A stretch of 64,000 nt of DNA from Rhynchobatus australiae (Eukaryota). Position 1 is the stretch's first letter. Every line of letters begins with the position of its first letter. The notes under the pieces are model-generated. The model did not search any database. It was not told the DNA's origin and was given only the letters and a program-made list of their open reading frames with translations. The stretch covers positions 28,978,150-29,042,149 of the forward strand of contig JAUZTB010000066.1 of NCBI GenBank assembly GCA_034780895.1. Direction: 5' to 3'. Below, piece by piece: positions 1-11,560 of the stretch. Made by a program: the position numbers and the translations under genes.

Positions 1-968
1 TGGAGACTGAGGTGAGCAAATGAGGTTAGAAAAATTTGAACATGGTAAATAGTAAGTAGGACTGTGTAATAGCAGTTTCTGGAAGAACAGGTTCAGAAAA
101 TAAAATAAGGGGAAGAAGCTTCAAAGTGAGAGAGCGAGTGAGAGAAAACACACANNNNNNNNNNAAAGGCACGTACAGAAGTTGAAGGCCAGACTTAAGG
201 GAGGGAATCACTTTCATCACTTCCTGCCTAATGCTAAAATTGGCTTAGCCTCATCAGCAAATTTACCTCATGCATCTGACTCAATGGGCTGAATGGCCTA
301 CTTCTGCTCCCTTATTTTGTGATCTGGAACAAGAAGCTATTAATCCTAAACACAAAGATGTCTATTCATCAGGGTTATGCAACCAGTACTCTCCTTCATG
401 TCTGTGAAAATTGAGTCACATACTTCAAGCAGGAGCAGAGATCCAAGAGCTTACACCTTCAAAGTCTCAGAAAAATAATTAGAGTTACTTGGGATCAACA
501 GATCACCAACAAGATCTTTGAGAGAACCAGCCTAGAGTTATAGCTTTCACTGGCTGGGTCATTTGGAGAGTGAGAGTCAAAGTCATATGCCAAACAGGCC
601 GATTGAAGAACAACCGGCAACACACAGGAAGCCCAAAGCTCTGAGATGGTGACACGAAATTCAATCTTCTCACTGACATGGGAGAACCGTGTCCATAACC
701 GCTTAGTTCAGTGGAGCTGCATCAAGATTACGGGAGCTACTGTGGAGAGCCACTACTGTACTGCTTGGCTACCTGACCTGAGCTTGACAGAACTGAACTA
801 CATGTGTTGGGTTCAAGTCAAGAACCACAAGTCCTTGAGTCAGGACAAGCTGGGCCAGTCCCTTATAATTTAACACACTAAAGTATGATCCCAAGGGACA
901 TGATAGGGCTGACTGCCCACAAACCATCAAGAGAAACATGGAACATGGGAGCTCTAATTTCCCAGCTT

Positions 969-1480
969 ACAGTATCCTATCCAGATGCATCACAGCTTGG
1001 TATGGCAACAGCTCTGCCCAAGACAACGAGAAATTGCAGAGTTCTGAACCCGGCCCCGTCTGTCACGAGAACCACCCCTCCGTCGAAGTCAACACTTCCC
1101 GCTGCCTCGGGAAAGCAGCCAACATAATCAAAGACCCTGCCCATCCTGGACATTCTCTCTTCTCCCCTCTCCCATCGGGCAGAAGATACAGAAGCTTGAG
1201 AACACGCATCACGTGTTCAAGGATAGGTTCTATCCCGCTGCTGTGAGGCTCTTGAATGGACCTCTTGTATGATAAAGATGAACCCTTGATCTCTGAATCT
1301 ACCTCATCACGGCCCTTGTACTGTGCCTACCTGCATGGCACTTTCCCTGTAGCTGTGACACTATATTCTGCATTGTTTTTTGTACTTGTGCATGGGATGA
1401 TCTGTCTGGATGGCATGCAAACAAAAGCTTTTCACTGTATCTTGGTACATGTGACAATAATAAACCAATTACCCATTACC
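969..1480 (+). mobile_element. Rex1/Babar-type LINE, 3' fragment
   Basis: SILSRCITAWYGNSS..RCLGKAANIIKDPAHPGHSLFSPLPSGRRYRSL is the typical Rex1 ORF C-terminus; 3' tail tttcactgtatcttggtacatgtgacaataataaa. Confidence 0.8.
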
Positions 1481-2584
1481 TGTAATGCTTATCTACCTAA
1501 CTGAAGCCCTGTATCCATCCACGAGGTCAGGTATCAAAAAAATTCTCAAGCTCTCAGGCCTAGATTAGCTTCAGCGAGGTCAGGTTCTGGTCAACTTTTA
1601 ATTTTATACCCAAATGGACAATACACAGGAGAGCCTAGACTGAGGCCCACTGGTGAGCCCAGAGAGCAGATGTACTTCAACCTGCATCTGGCAAGTGGAC
1701 CTGTAACCTCTGCAGTGATGTTTGCTGCTTACTCACCGAACTGGCCTAACACATCACCGCCCAACACCGCCAACCAACAGTGTGTTGTTTCCTTATTAAG
1801 ATGTTGGACAACTTCCTAACTGGCTTGATTTCAATGGTTAATAGGTCAGTTAAAATTGTAGACAGAGGAGTCTCAAAACTAATTGACCAGTATTATTTCC
1901 ACAATATTTCCAGCCTTCAGGCTCAAGTGCTCTGTCCAGACATTGCCCACATGTGAACAGACTAACCTTATAATTACACTGCTGGAAGCTTTCCACAGTC
2001 TAAGCCAACACAGTATGAAAACAGCATTAAGACCCTAATGACATCATTGCAGTCACAGGCAGTCAAATTATCTGATTACAGTGGTTTCCAAGAACCACAG
2101 TCGCCCATGTCCATGGGTTCATTCAGGACTTGAAGAAAAATAATAGCTCCTGAAATAGACTTAAGCCTGCTCCTAGTTCACATAAACTTGCTAATTTCTG
2201 CTTAAATTAGACTGAGTTAGCAATGACAGCAGCAGTTAGGAGAAGTGGGGACAGCACATCAGATGCATCAAGCGAGAAATCTGTCAGGCAGAAGGAGAGG
2301 AGCTGCTGCTGCCAACATTTGTGGTCGTCTACGCTCTAGTCAGGCTGTATCTTCCAGTGGGGTCCAGGGCAGATTCTTTCACTGGGAGGCCAGCTCCCAG
2401 CTCATCAGCAAGGCCCAGGGAAGTGTGACGCCTTTCCCAGTGCAAAAGGTCAGCAGTGGTGACAGAGCAGCTTTGATATCTGGTGAGGATGTGACCCAAG
2501 GCTCACTGGCCAATGCCGTATCAACACAAGGATAGAGTTTAAAATACTTAAACTAATTTAATTCAAATCAAATAAGAAGTTCAC

Positions 2585-2790
2585 CTTGAACTCAGTGCCT
2601 CGACTAATGAAGGCTAGCATGCCATATGCTTTCTTTACCACCCAATCGACTTGTTCTGTGGTTACTAGTCCTTTTGTCAATACAAGTATTCCCATTATTT
2701 GCTCCATCAAACCCTTCATGATCCTGAAAACCTTTACCAAATCTCTCTCTAACCTCGTCAATTCGAAGGTGAACAATCTTGATGTCTCTA
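2585..2790 (-). mobile_element. Two abutting CR1 LINE fragments
   Basis: RLERDLVKVFRIMKG and QVDWVVKKAYGMLAFISRGTEFK are CR1 ORF2 C-terminal motifs. Confidence 0.8.
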
Positions 2791-3572
2791 GGCTCCACTT
2801 GATGGTTCCTTTGGATTGCTGGTCCTGGGGAATAGCAGCATGGAGCAGATGTTATTGACAGGCAGCCTGACAGAGCATGTATCATTCAGTCGCGGATTCT
2901 TTTGACCTGCATTCTGCTGTCCTGGCTGTCTACATTCTGTTGCCTGTTCCCAGCCCTGGGGGGAGATGCCTTTTGTCCCATTGGATTAGGAATCTTGCTT
3001 TGGACAAGTTGGCTGTTATGTTTGCTGTGGGCAGCAATAACGGCAAACTCAAGGAATAATAAAAGAACTGTTTTGGAGTGTTACTGAGAGCTCTGATAAA
3101 ATGTTTTATGAATAAATGTTTTTTTCTTTTGAAACAACATTGCAACATTTTTAAGAAACATGAATCACATGAAAGGATAACTTCATCTAAGTGGAAATGA
3201 TTATGTAAACCAAAATGGCTATTGATTAAAGGAAAAACAAGGGCTGATTTTCATTTGTTCATTACAGAGAGGTGTAATGAATGAGTGTGTAACCCTCCAT
3301 TCACTGAGAGCTGTATGGATCTGCCAGCAGACATGTCAGTAACTGGGTTACACCCATGGAGAGGCTGTAGAGCAGTCTCTGCACAGCAAAGTGCAGCAGT
3401 GGGACACCTGTGCTGCACTGGTGAACTCTCAATAGAGTCTAACGTGGCAGCAGCAAGTTGCGTTGATTTCCCAGCTCTCAGGGTGTAAATCTGTCCACTG
3501 AAACCATGCCAGTTTAACCAGGCACAAATGCAGCCAGCCCACTGAAATACATGGGAGGTATCACCCGCTGGA

Positions 3573-4305
3573 AGATTTGGTAAAGGTGTTCAGGATCATG
3601 AAGGGTTTGATGGAGCAAATAATGGGNNNNNNNNNNNNNNNNNNNNNNNNNNNNNNNNNNNNNNNNNNNNNNNNNNNNNNNNNNNNNNNNNNNNNNNNNN
3701 NNNNNNNNNNNNNNNNNNNNNNNNNNNNNNNNNNNNNNNNNNNNNNNNNNNNNNNNNNNNNNNNNNNNNNNNNNNNNNNNNNNNNNNNNNNNNNNNNNNN
3801 NNNNNNNNNNNNNNNNNNNNNNNNNNNNNNNNNNNNNNNNNNNNNNNNNNNNNNNNNNNNNNNNNNNNNNNNNNNNNNNNNNNNNNNNNNNNNNNNNNNN
3901 NNNNNNNNNNNNNNNNNNNNNNNNNNNNNNNNNNNNNNNNNNNNNNNNNNNNNNNNNNNNNNNNNNNNNNNNNNNNNNNNNNNNNNNNNNNNNNNNNNNN
4001 NNNNNNNNNNNNNNNNNNNNNNNNNNNNNNNNNNNNNNNNNNNNNNNNNNNNNNNNNAAGGTCCGGGCAAGTGTTTTTTTTAATAGAGAGAGTGATGGAT
4101 GCCTGGAGTACAATGCCAGGGGTGGTGATGGAGAAGATATGATAGAGGGGTTCAAGAGGCTCTTAGATCAGCACATGAATATGCAGAGAATGGAGGGATA
4201 TGGACCATGTGCAGGCAGAAGTGATTAGGTAGCATTGGCTTAATTATTTCAGCACAACATCGTGGGCTGAAGGGCCTGTTCCTGTGCTGCACTGTTCTAT
4301 GTTTA
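3573..4305 (+). mobile_element. CR1 LINE fragment(s) spanning an N gap, ending in a CR1 3' tail
   Basis: gatttggtaaaggtgttcaggatcatgaaggg before the gap; gggctgaagggcctgttcctgtgctgcactgttctat terminus after it. Confidence 0.8.
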
Positions 4306-5259
4306 GAACACTGAATTAATTGATCAAAAATCGTAAAGTGAGACAAAAGGAATTTTAATTTCCTTTCATCCACTGCAATACACTGTCTGAAGGGGGATGA
4401 GGCAGATTTACCAAGGAATAGGAGAAATTCTTAGAATTTGCAGGATTGTTGACAAAAAAAGAGAGAGAACAGGGCTTAGAGAGAGCATGACTCCCAAAAA
4501 GCCACTGGAGGAATGATGCGCCGAATAACTTCCTGCTTCACTCTCTGGTTCTGTGCCCAAACTGTTTAATTGATCATCGCTATTTGTTGGCCATAATCAT
4601 TTTTGTGGCAATTGTTGATAGGCAGTGACACAATTAGATCAGTTGGCACTAGATGAGCTGCAAATTTTTATTTCTAAGTCACTGTAAAGAATCTTAAGAG
4701 GTCTACTTAGTTGTCACCATTATTGCAAGTGGCTGAGCCTCTTTACATCCAGAATATGTCATGGTTCTGAGTTCTGGCCCTTAACTTGGCTCCTTTAATG
4801 CCTTGTTGTCCAGCACATGGATTCCATGCTAGACTGATTACATAATGACACTCACCTGAGCCCCATCAGGGGTCTAGCATAAGTAACTGGGTTTCTCTAC
4901 CACTAGTTGCCAGAGTATTGGTCTACCTTTGGCTCCTAGTTGCTTAGAGTGGTCTATTCTAGAGCAGTCCTATGTCTTCTATTCCTTTTGAAGATCCAGT
5001 TTGTGTTGGGATTCCTCTTCTGATCTCTGAGGCAAGATTCCTTCCAGTTGCTGCCTGTGTTTTTCCTGAGGAAGTCTCCTAACTCCAGTCTTGTACCAGT
5101 GTGCTGCATTTGGGTTCTCTGTGAGCTTGCTTAACTTTGTGACAGAATATTGATTTGAGGTTAAGTGAATAGATAGGACTAAATTTTAAAGGTGCTAGCT
5201 TTATTAGCCACAACACTAACACTAACACCATCACTCTGTGCAGTCCATTAGTAGTTGTT

Positions 5260-5790
5260 TATCAACAACTTACACTGGCAACACAAAAAAACATCCCATT
5301 GAGTTTCACACAGATACAAATGGATTCCAGGCCAGAGGAAAATATTAAGAGGGTGGCCAGAAGCTAAGTCGAGGAAGTAGGTTTAGGCAAAGTTCAAAAA
5401 GAGCTGATGAGTTTTAACAAAGAGCCTACATGACTACAATCACAAATCTTACACACCATGTTGGACAGCAAGTTCTGGGTAACAAGGCTGCCAGGAATTG
5501 GGGATCTGTGAGTCAAGGCATAGGAATTTTTGATGTGGGACTTCATTAAGGATGGATTTCCAGCAGCTGAGTTTTGGATAAGGGGCTGATGATTTGAAGG
5601 TTGAAGAGCCAGAGAGGAGAGCATCGTAGGTGTAGAATCAGGAGGTCAAAATGTCTGGATGAACATTCTAGCAGCAGTTGGACTGAGGCAATGACAGAAC
5701 TGAATGGAACTGACAAAGAAATTGAGTGCTCTTTGTGATGACGACTTCAGGACTGACTAGGATTCAGTCCTGAAGTCAACAATCTGATAT
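5260..5790 (-). mobile_element. Old L2-like LINE 3' fragment
   Basis: Reverse complement resembles L2 ORF2 end (IQNSAA motif in ORF 5394..5624) and 3' UTR; heavily decayed. Confidence 0.55.
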
Positions 5791-5844
5791 AACAAGGAGA
5801 ATGTCACCAATAGGGTTGCTGTAGTGATCAGAGATATTCTCTCT

Positions 5845-5995
5845 CTCTTACTCACACATCCCCCATCCTCTTGGTAACTTAAAACTAACTTGTTTTCTCA
5901 CTCTTCAAATTCTGATGAAGTATTAACTCTGTTTCTCTTTTCACACATGGTCTGAACTGATGAGTGTTTCTAGCATTTTCTGTTTTTATTTCAAA
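5845..5995 (+). mobile_element. Penelope-like terminal repeat, decayed hammerhead motif (stem II deleted)
   Basis: ttctgatgaag..taactctgtttctc..ctgatgagtgtttctagcattttctgtttttatttc homologous to the tail at 50950-51056. Confidence 0.6.
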
Positions 5996-6104
5996 CAGTT
6001 TGAAAAGGCCAAGTTAGTTGGAACTGTTGATCAACAGGCAAAGCATTTAGTTTTCTCAAATCTATCGTGTAGCTATACAGGAGCAGAGCAAACATACCAC
6101 CCAC

Positions 6105-6177
6105 CTCTGCTTTAAAACTCGCCAACTCATCCTTCAGAGCTGCAATCTCCCTGTAGAGTCGTTCAATCAACTTATCC
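6105..6177 (-). CDS. HIP1: HIP1 coding exon 9 of 9 (probably exon 13), DKLIERLYREIAALKDELASFKAE, start of coiled coil
   Basis: 73 nt, ttccag| acceptor, |gtgggt donor, phase 2/0; matches remembered DHLIERLYREI. Confidence 0.94.
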
Positions 6178-8490
6178 CTGGAAATAAACAAATTTATGAG
6201 AGCAGGTGTGCATCAATGAGTAAACTCTACTGTGAACCAATTGCCAGGTGATGAGTGTGGACAGTTACCAGCCTATTTCAAGAGAAGTAGATTTGCCACA
6301 GGAAAAATCCAGTTTATTTTTTAATTAGACCTTTCTCCCTTCTGATAGAGGCAACTCATATCGGACACATAGCACCATTTGTCCACCAGAATTTTGCCAT
6401 TCCTTTTCTGCCATTTTGCTGGAAATGGCCTTTTTGCCATTTCCTTTTCTGCAGGAGTCACTGTCTGGCAGTGAGGAGGTATAAACCTTTCTGAACTTTG
6501 CCCCCCAACCAAAGGTCACTGAAGCTAATGGCAGCCATCTGCTCACCAAGGATTAGCTAACTTGTTGCAGGTTGGAGAAAGAGCCAGGTATCACACAAGA
6601 CAATGCACACACAAGTGTGACTCCATAGACCGGATTTCAAAGAATGCAATACTTCTGTTTAAGAACAAAAATGAACAGAAGACGTTTAGGCTGACAATGC
6701 ACAAACTTAGATTGGTTATTAAAAATATTATTACAAGGTTTTGATGCTAGAACAGTGACCAACCATTAAAATAATAATTGTAATACACCTGCTCCACAAG
6801 TATATGACAATTTCCATCCAGTGAATTTAATTCTGTAGACAATTCAATATTGGTCAATAAGGTGTGGTGACTAGGTGCTCTGTGAATTAAACTGGCACAG
6901 TTCTAGGATTCACAGCAAGTTTTCTCGTAAAGCCACGTATGTGCCTTTTCAATAAAAGAGGTAAACAAAATAATAGCTTTGCTATTTGTGATCGGATAGG
7001 AGCAGTGTGTGTGTTAGTTGGAGTGGGGGATTTGAAGGGAACAGCAATTTGGAAGTGAGAAGAATGCCCATGGAAAAGATGATGTCTGGTGTGACATCAG
7101 ACCTTCTCCAGCAAATGCTAGTCATAGAAGGATTAGTCCAAGGGAATCAAAGGCTCTGACTAGCTTTCTCAACTTCTTGCATCTGATAGCAGTGAGAAAA
7201 CAAAGATCAGCAAAGCAAAGAGAAATGATAATAGCAGTGTTAGTAGCAGTGAAGTCAGGTGCATTTCCTTGGGTGTTCCTAGAAATTTATCAGTGATCAC
7301 AATAGCCTTTCTTACTCATGTGTATTCCTTGGTTGCTAATCCACAATTAGATGATTTATTGACCGCATTCAGATGATATTCCTATTACCCTGGTCTATTC
7401 AGTTTGAGCAGCTTTATATAGAATCCAGCTCATAGATTACTGAACCATTAATCTTGATCCAATGGAAATGATTTATAACCAAATAGGATTAGTGATAATT
7501 AGTGCAATTACAATGGTAAAGATTACAGGATTTCATGTGAATATTTACTTTCCTTTTTTAAAACATTTTCAGACCACAAGGTGAATGCACAATTGAGGAA
7601 CTTCAATAAATCTGCTATTACTTAATTAATTTTTAAAGTAAAATTAATATCAACACTAACATTACCCAGAAGCCATCTGCAGGGCTGTTAATAAACTCAA
7701 TCTCTAATGAATGATACAGCAACTTTTCCTTCCTACAACAAATCAATGGACAATCTGATCTGGATTTACACACAACCCATCAGTTCATCCTTGGAGTGAT
7801 GCAGGTTATCTGCAAGTTCATACTGGGCAGCACCTGTGTACACACACACACCAAATGATTAATCATGGTGAACTCCAGCATTCCTGTCTTTGTTGTTAAG
7901 CCTTTCATCACTAGCAATGGTACCACGATTACACCATTTCTTTTGGAGACACCTTTGGGTCAGGATTCAGATAATCCATTCAAACACTCCAAACAGCTCA
8001 GTTTTGGAAACAAAATGGAATACCAGATGATGCAATGGTGCACAGTCCTTAGTTTTATTTAGCCTGTTTTCAAAAGGCATTGAACAAGTGCTAATATTGA
8101 CAAGCTTCTCAATTTACACATCTTTCCATTGATTTTTATGGAAAGCTCCCCATTCAACTCTCCTGAGTAGGATTTAGAGAACTATTGTTCAATGACATAT
8201 AAAGCCTTGAGGTTAAACTTCAAGAATGTCAGGCTCTCCTCAAGTAAGTTTATTTCCACCTGGACAGGTTTGGAACAGCCCATTTCTTCTCTTAGCTTCA
8301 TTAACGTGCAGCAAGAAAATAAAATATCTAAGGACCAACACTAGAAAGATTTTGACCATTTATCTATGTATTTAGAACAAGACTCACTCCATGAGACCCA
8401 AGAAATGCCAACGGGATAGCAGCTGGAAGGTATCAGTTATCGAAAACATTTATTCCAAAATTCAAGTTAGATCAATATCAATAGCCTTAC

Positions 8491-8588
8491 CTTTCATCCT
8501 TAGACATTCCATTCTGATTATTAAAATTGAAGGGGTCAGTGGGTCCAGTACTTCCAAAGAGGTCATCGAATTTATTATCAAATAAACT
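8491..8588 (-). CDS. HIP1: HIP1 coding exon 8 of 9, SLFDNKFDDLFGSTGPTDPFNFNNQNGMSKDE(R)
   Basis: 98 nt, ccttgcag| acceptor, |gtaagg donor, phase 0/2; contains FxDxF and DPF motifs. Confidence 0.95.
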
Positions 8589-11164
8589 CTGCAAGGAAGA
8601 GAGTTAAAATTTATTAAAGGTAACGATAGTTACTGATCCATTCACAAACATTTACAATGCAAACCAACCTTAGTGCAAAAGGCAGCAGTTAAATGTCTGT
8701 TCAGAAATAACATGGCAATAATTTACAGAAAGAAGAACACAAAAAAAATAGGAGCTGGAGTACAGGCCCTTCAAGCCTGTCTCATCATTTAATATGATCA
8801 TGGCTGATTTAAGGAAAAGAGGAAACTTAATAAGGAGATTGGAACAAAGGCGGCCAAGGAAATTCCAAACAACACCTGGCCAAACAATTTTGATTCTCAT
8901 GTTTTTATGGCCCATTTTCCCAAAAAGATGCCTCTCCTCTTTTGATTAAGTCATCTACCCAGTAGTAGATGACTTCAGCCANNNNNNNNNNNNNNNNNNN
9001 NNNNNNNNNNNNNNNNNNNNNNNNNNNNNNNNNNNNNNNNNNNNNNNNNNNNNNNNNNNNNNNNNNNNNNNNNNNNNNNNNNNNNNNNNNNNNNNNNNNN
9101 NNNNNNNNNNNNNNNNNNNNNNNNNNNNNNNNNNNNNNNNNNNNNNNNNNNNNNNNNNNNNNNNNNNNNNNNNNNNNNNNNNNNNNNNNNNNNNNNNNNN
9201 NNNNNNNNNNNNNNNNNNNNNNNNNNNNTAGGGACTTCTTGTCTGGTCAAAATGGATCAGCTTCGTAGTCCACATTACACAAACCAACTGAGCCTCTAAT
9301 CCAAGGCAAAACATTGAAAAAAATGATACAGGTGATGGAAAACACCAAATACAAAAGAGATACAGCCCACTTAAGCAACAATGATTATGCAATAGGATAC
9401 TTATAGCACCTATAGGCAAGTATACCATCCTGAAGCCCTTTGTATGAATATGACCAAGATTTGGCACCCTGCCACATAAGGACAGAGGGAAAAGTGACTG
9501 AAAGCTTGATAAAAGAGGTTGATTGTAAACGAGAGTCACAAAAGAATTGAGAGAGAAGAGACATTTAGGTTAGGAATTCCATAGCTTAGGACCCAGGTAG
9601 CTGAAGACACCACAAAGTAATAAAAACGAGTTCTGTCAGCAGAACAGCTGAAAGTGGGAGGATTGCCACAGGAAAAGAAAGCCTGTAATAAAGCTAAAAA
9701 CTCATTCCCACAGAAAGCGATAAAATCCAATTCACCACAAAGCAAAAGCACACAGACAGAAGAAGCTGGGATAGGTTGGTGGAGGTGGGCAGGACAGTCA
9801 TGAAGACAGTACAGCTGAGGTTGGGTTCTCACATGCCCTTTTAAGACCAATTTATCAATCAAATGAGGAAGGAACAGTAAATCATTCTTATGAAAGGGCT
9901 GAATTTGCTCACCACTTTTTGCTTTCTAAATAAGTGAAGCAGATGGAGTTACTTTGATGAAACAATGGTGTAAATTTCTACAGTCACGACTCAGCTCCAC
10001 AAAGACACCCTGAAACAGCTACGCATGGAATACTAAAGATTCTGGATTGGTTCTGATGAAAACAGCTCCTCTAATGAATGCAGCTAATAATCCTTCGAAT
10101 CTCTTCAGAGAAGCAGGGTGTAAAGCCATTCAGAGAGGAATCAATTATCACCATGGTAACAATTCCACTTCTGTCTCAGTGCCTCTCCTGTGCATTAATC
10201 CTTTCTACTGCACAGCGATAAAAAATTTACATAGGGGAAGAAAACTGATCATAATTTCACTTGCAAATCCTAGGTTTAATGCCTGTTTAAGTACAGAAAA
10301 TAACTTCCCGTTATAAATGGGGCAGATCTGTCATGGGACTCTTCCTCCTACATTTGTCCAGATTTCATCCCCAACTGTTCTCCAACACTTTCAATAGTCT
10401 ATACCATTTTTAGAATATATCCAGGTAATCACTTCTACCATTACAAACTACTATTTTAGGAACTGCACAAAATCTAGACAAACTTCAACATATCCCAGAG
10501 CTCATTACATAAAGTTTGCCTGACATATTAGCTAGATAACTTTAGAATGATAAATATCTACATCTAAATTCTGGGTTTCACATAATATATATGAATGTTC
10601 ACAGTGACATTTATTGTTTCACTTCACCGATATCATAAAATGAATAACAAAGGCAAAAATGATGTTGCTACCAGAGGCAAAAAACTGAATTTCAGGCCAG
10701 TTTTCTCTAAATTAATTAGTCTTTTGCTATTGTACAATTCTCAGATTTAGTCCACCATTTTGGTATCCCAGAGAAAGAAAAGTGGTCCCTTTAACACTTG
10801 GGCATAAAAAAATAAGTTGCCAGGAACATCTTAATTATCATGACAAAAACTGCTCAGGATCTCAGTTTGGCTAAAATCCCTAATTGCAAATCCATAATGT
10901 GGTTATGAGAATCATTCAGTTGGTATCATCGACAAAAGGGAATATCTCTGATGGGGTGAGGGCAGGGTTAGTGAGGGGCTAAGCTGTAAATGATGGGTCG
11001 ATGGGAACAGTCAGAGAGGGACAGCTTGAACAAAGGAACATAGAATCTATGAAATGAGGGCAGTTAGAGAGTGAGAATAGAAAATAATATAAAATTTGTG
11101 AACTGCTGAAATGTAAGATGTGCCTATTGGGTCAGGCTGTGCTAATGGAGAGAGAAAATACTGC

Positions 11165-11560
11165 ACCAATATCTCCCACCCTCCTAAACATAAAATTAAC
11201 CTATTTATTCTCTTCTCCAATTCTGATGAAGGCTCGTCAAATTTTAAATTTAAATTCAATTTTTTTTTATTTTAAATTTTATTTACAGTGCAGTAACAGG
11301 CCCTTCCAGCCCAATGAGTCCGCACCGCCCATTTTAAACCCATGTTAACCTACTAACCCATCCGTCTTTGGAATGTGGGAGGAAGCCGGAGCACCCAGAG
11401 GAAACCCACGCAGACACGGGAGAACGTACAAACTTCTTAGAGACAGCAACGGGAATCGAACCCCGATCACCGGCGCAACCCAAAACGTTCACTGTTTCTC
11501 TATCCACACATGCTGCCTGATCTGCTGAGTGGTTCCAGCATTTTCTCTTTTTATTTTGCA
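11165..11560 (+). mobile_element. Penelope-like terminal repeat interrupted by a SINE
   Basis: ctgatgaaggctcgtc (11223) and cccaaaacgttcactgtttctc..tgctgcctgatctgctgagtggttccagcattttc (11479-11545) are two halves of the same repeat. Confidence 0.7.
11241..11476 (-). mobile_element. tRNA-derived V-domain SINE, 5'-truncated, CR1-type tail
   Basis: Box B ggttcgattccc, core gtttgtacgttctcccgtgtctgcgtgggtttcctctgggtgctccggcttcctcccacattccaaagac, tail gggctggaagggcctgttac plus (taaatt)n. Confidence 0.85.

Noticed and set aside
1-6104. Next HIP1 exon (coiled-coil continuation)
   Set aside because: No convincing match found by eye; it probably lies beyond the window, and the gap at 3627-4057 is better explained by CR1 sequence.
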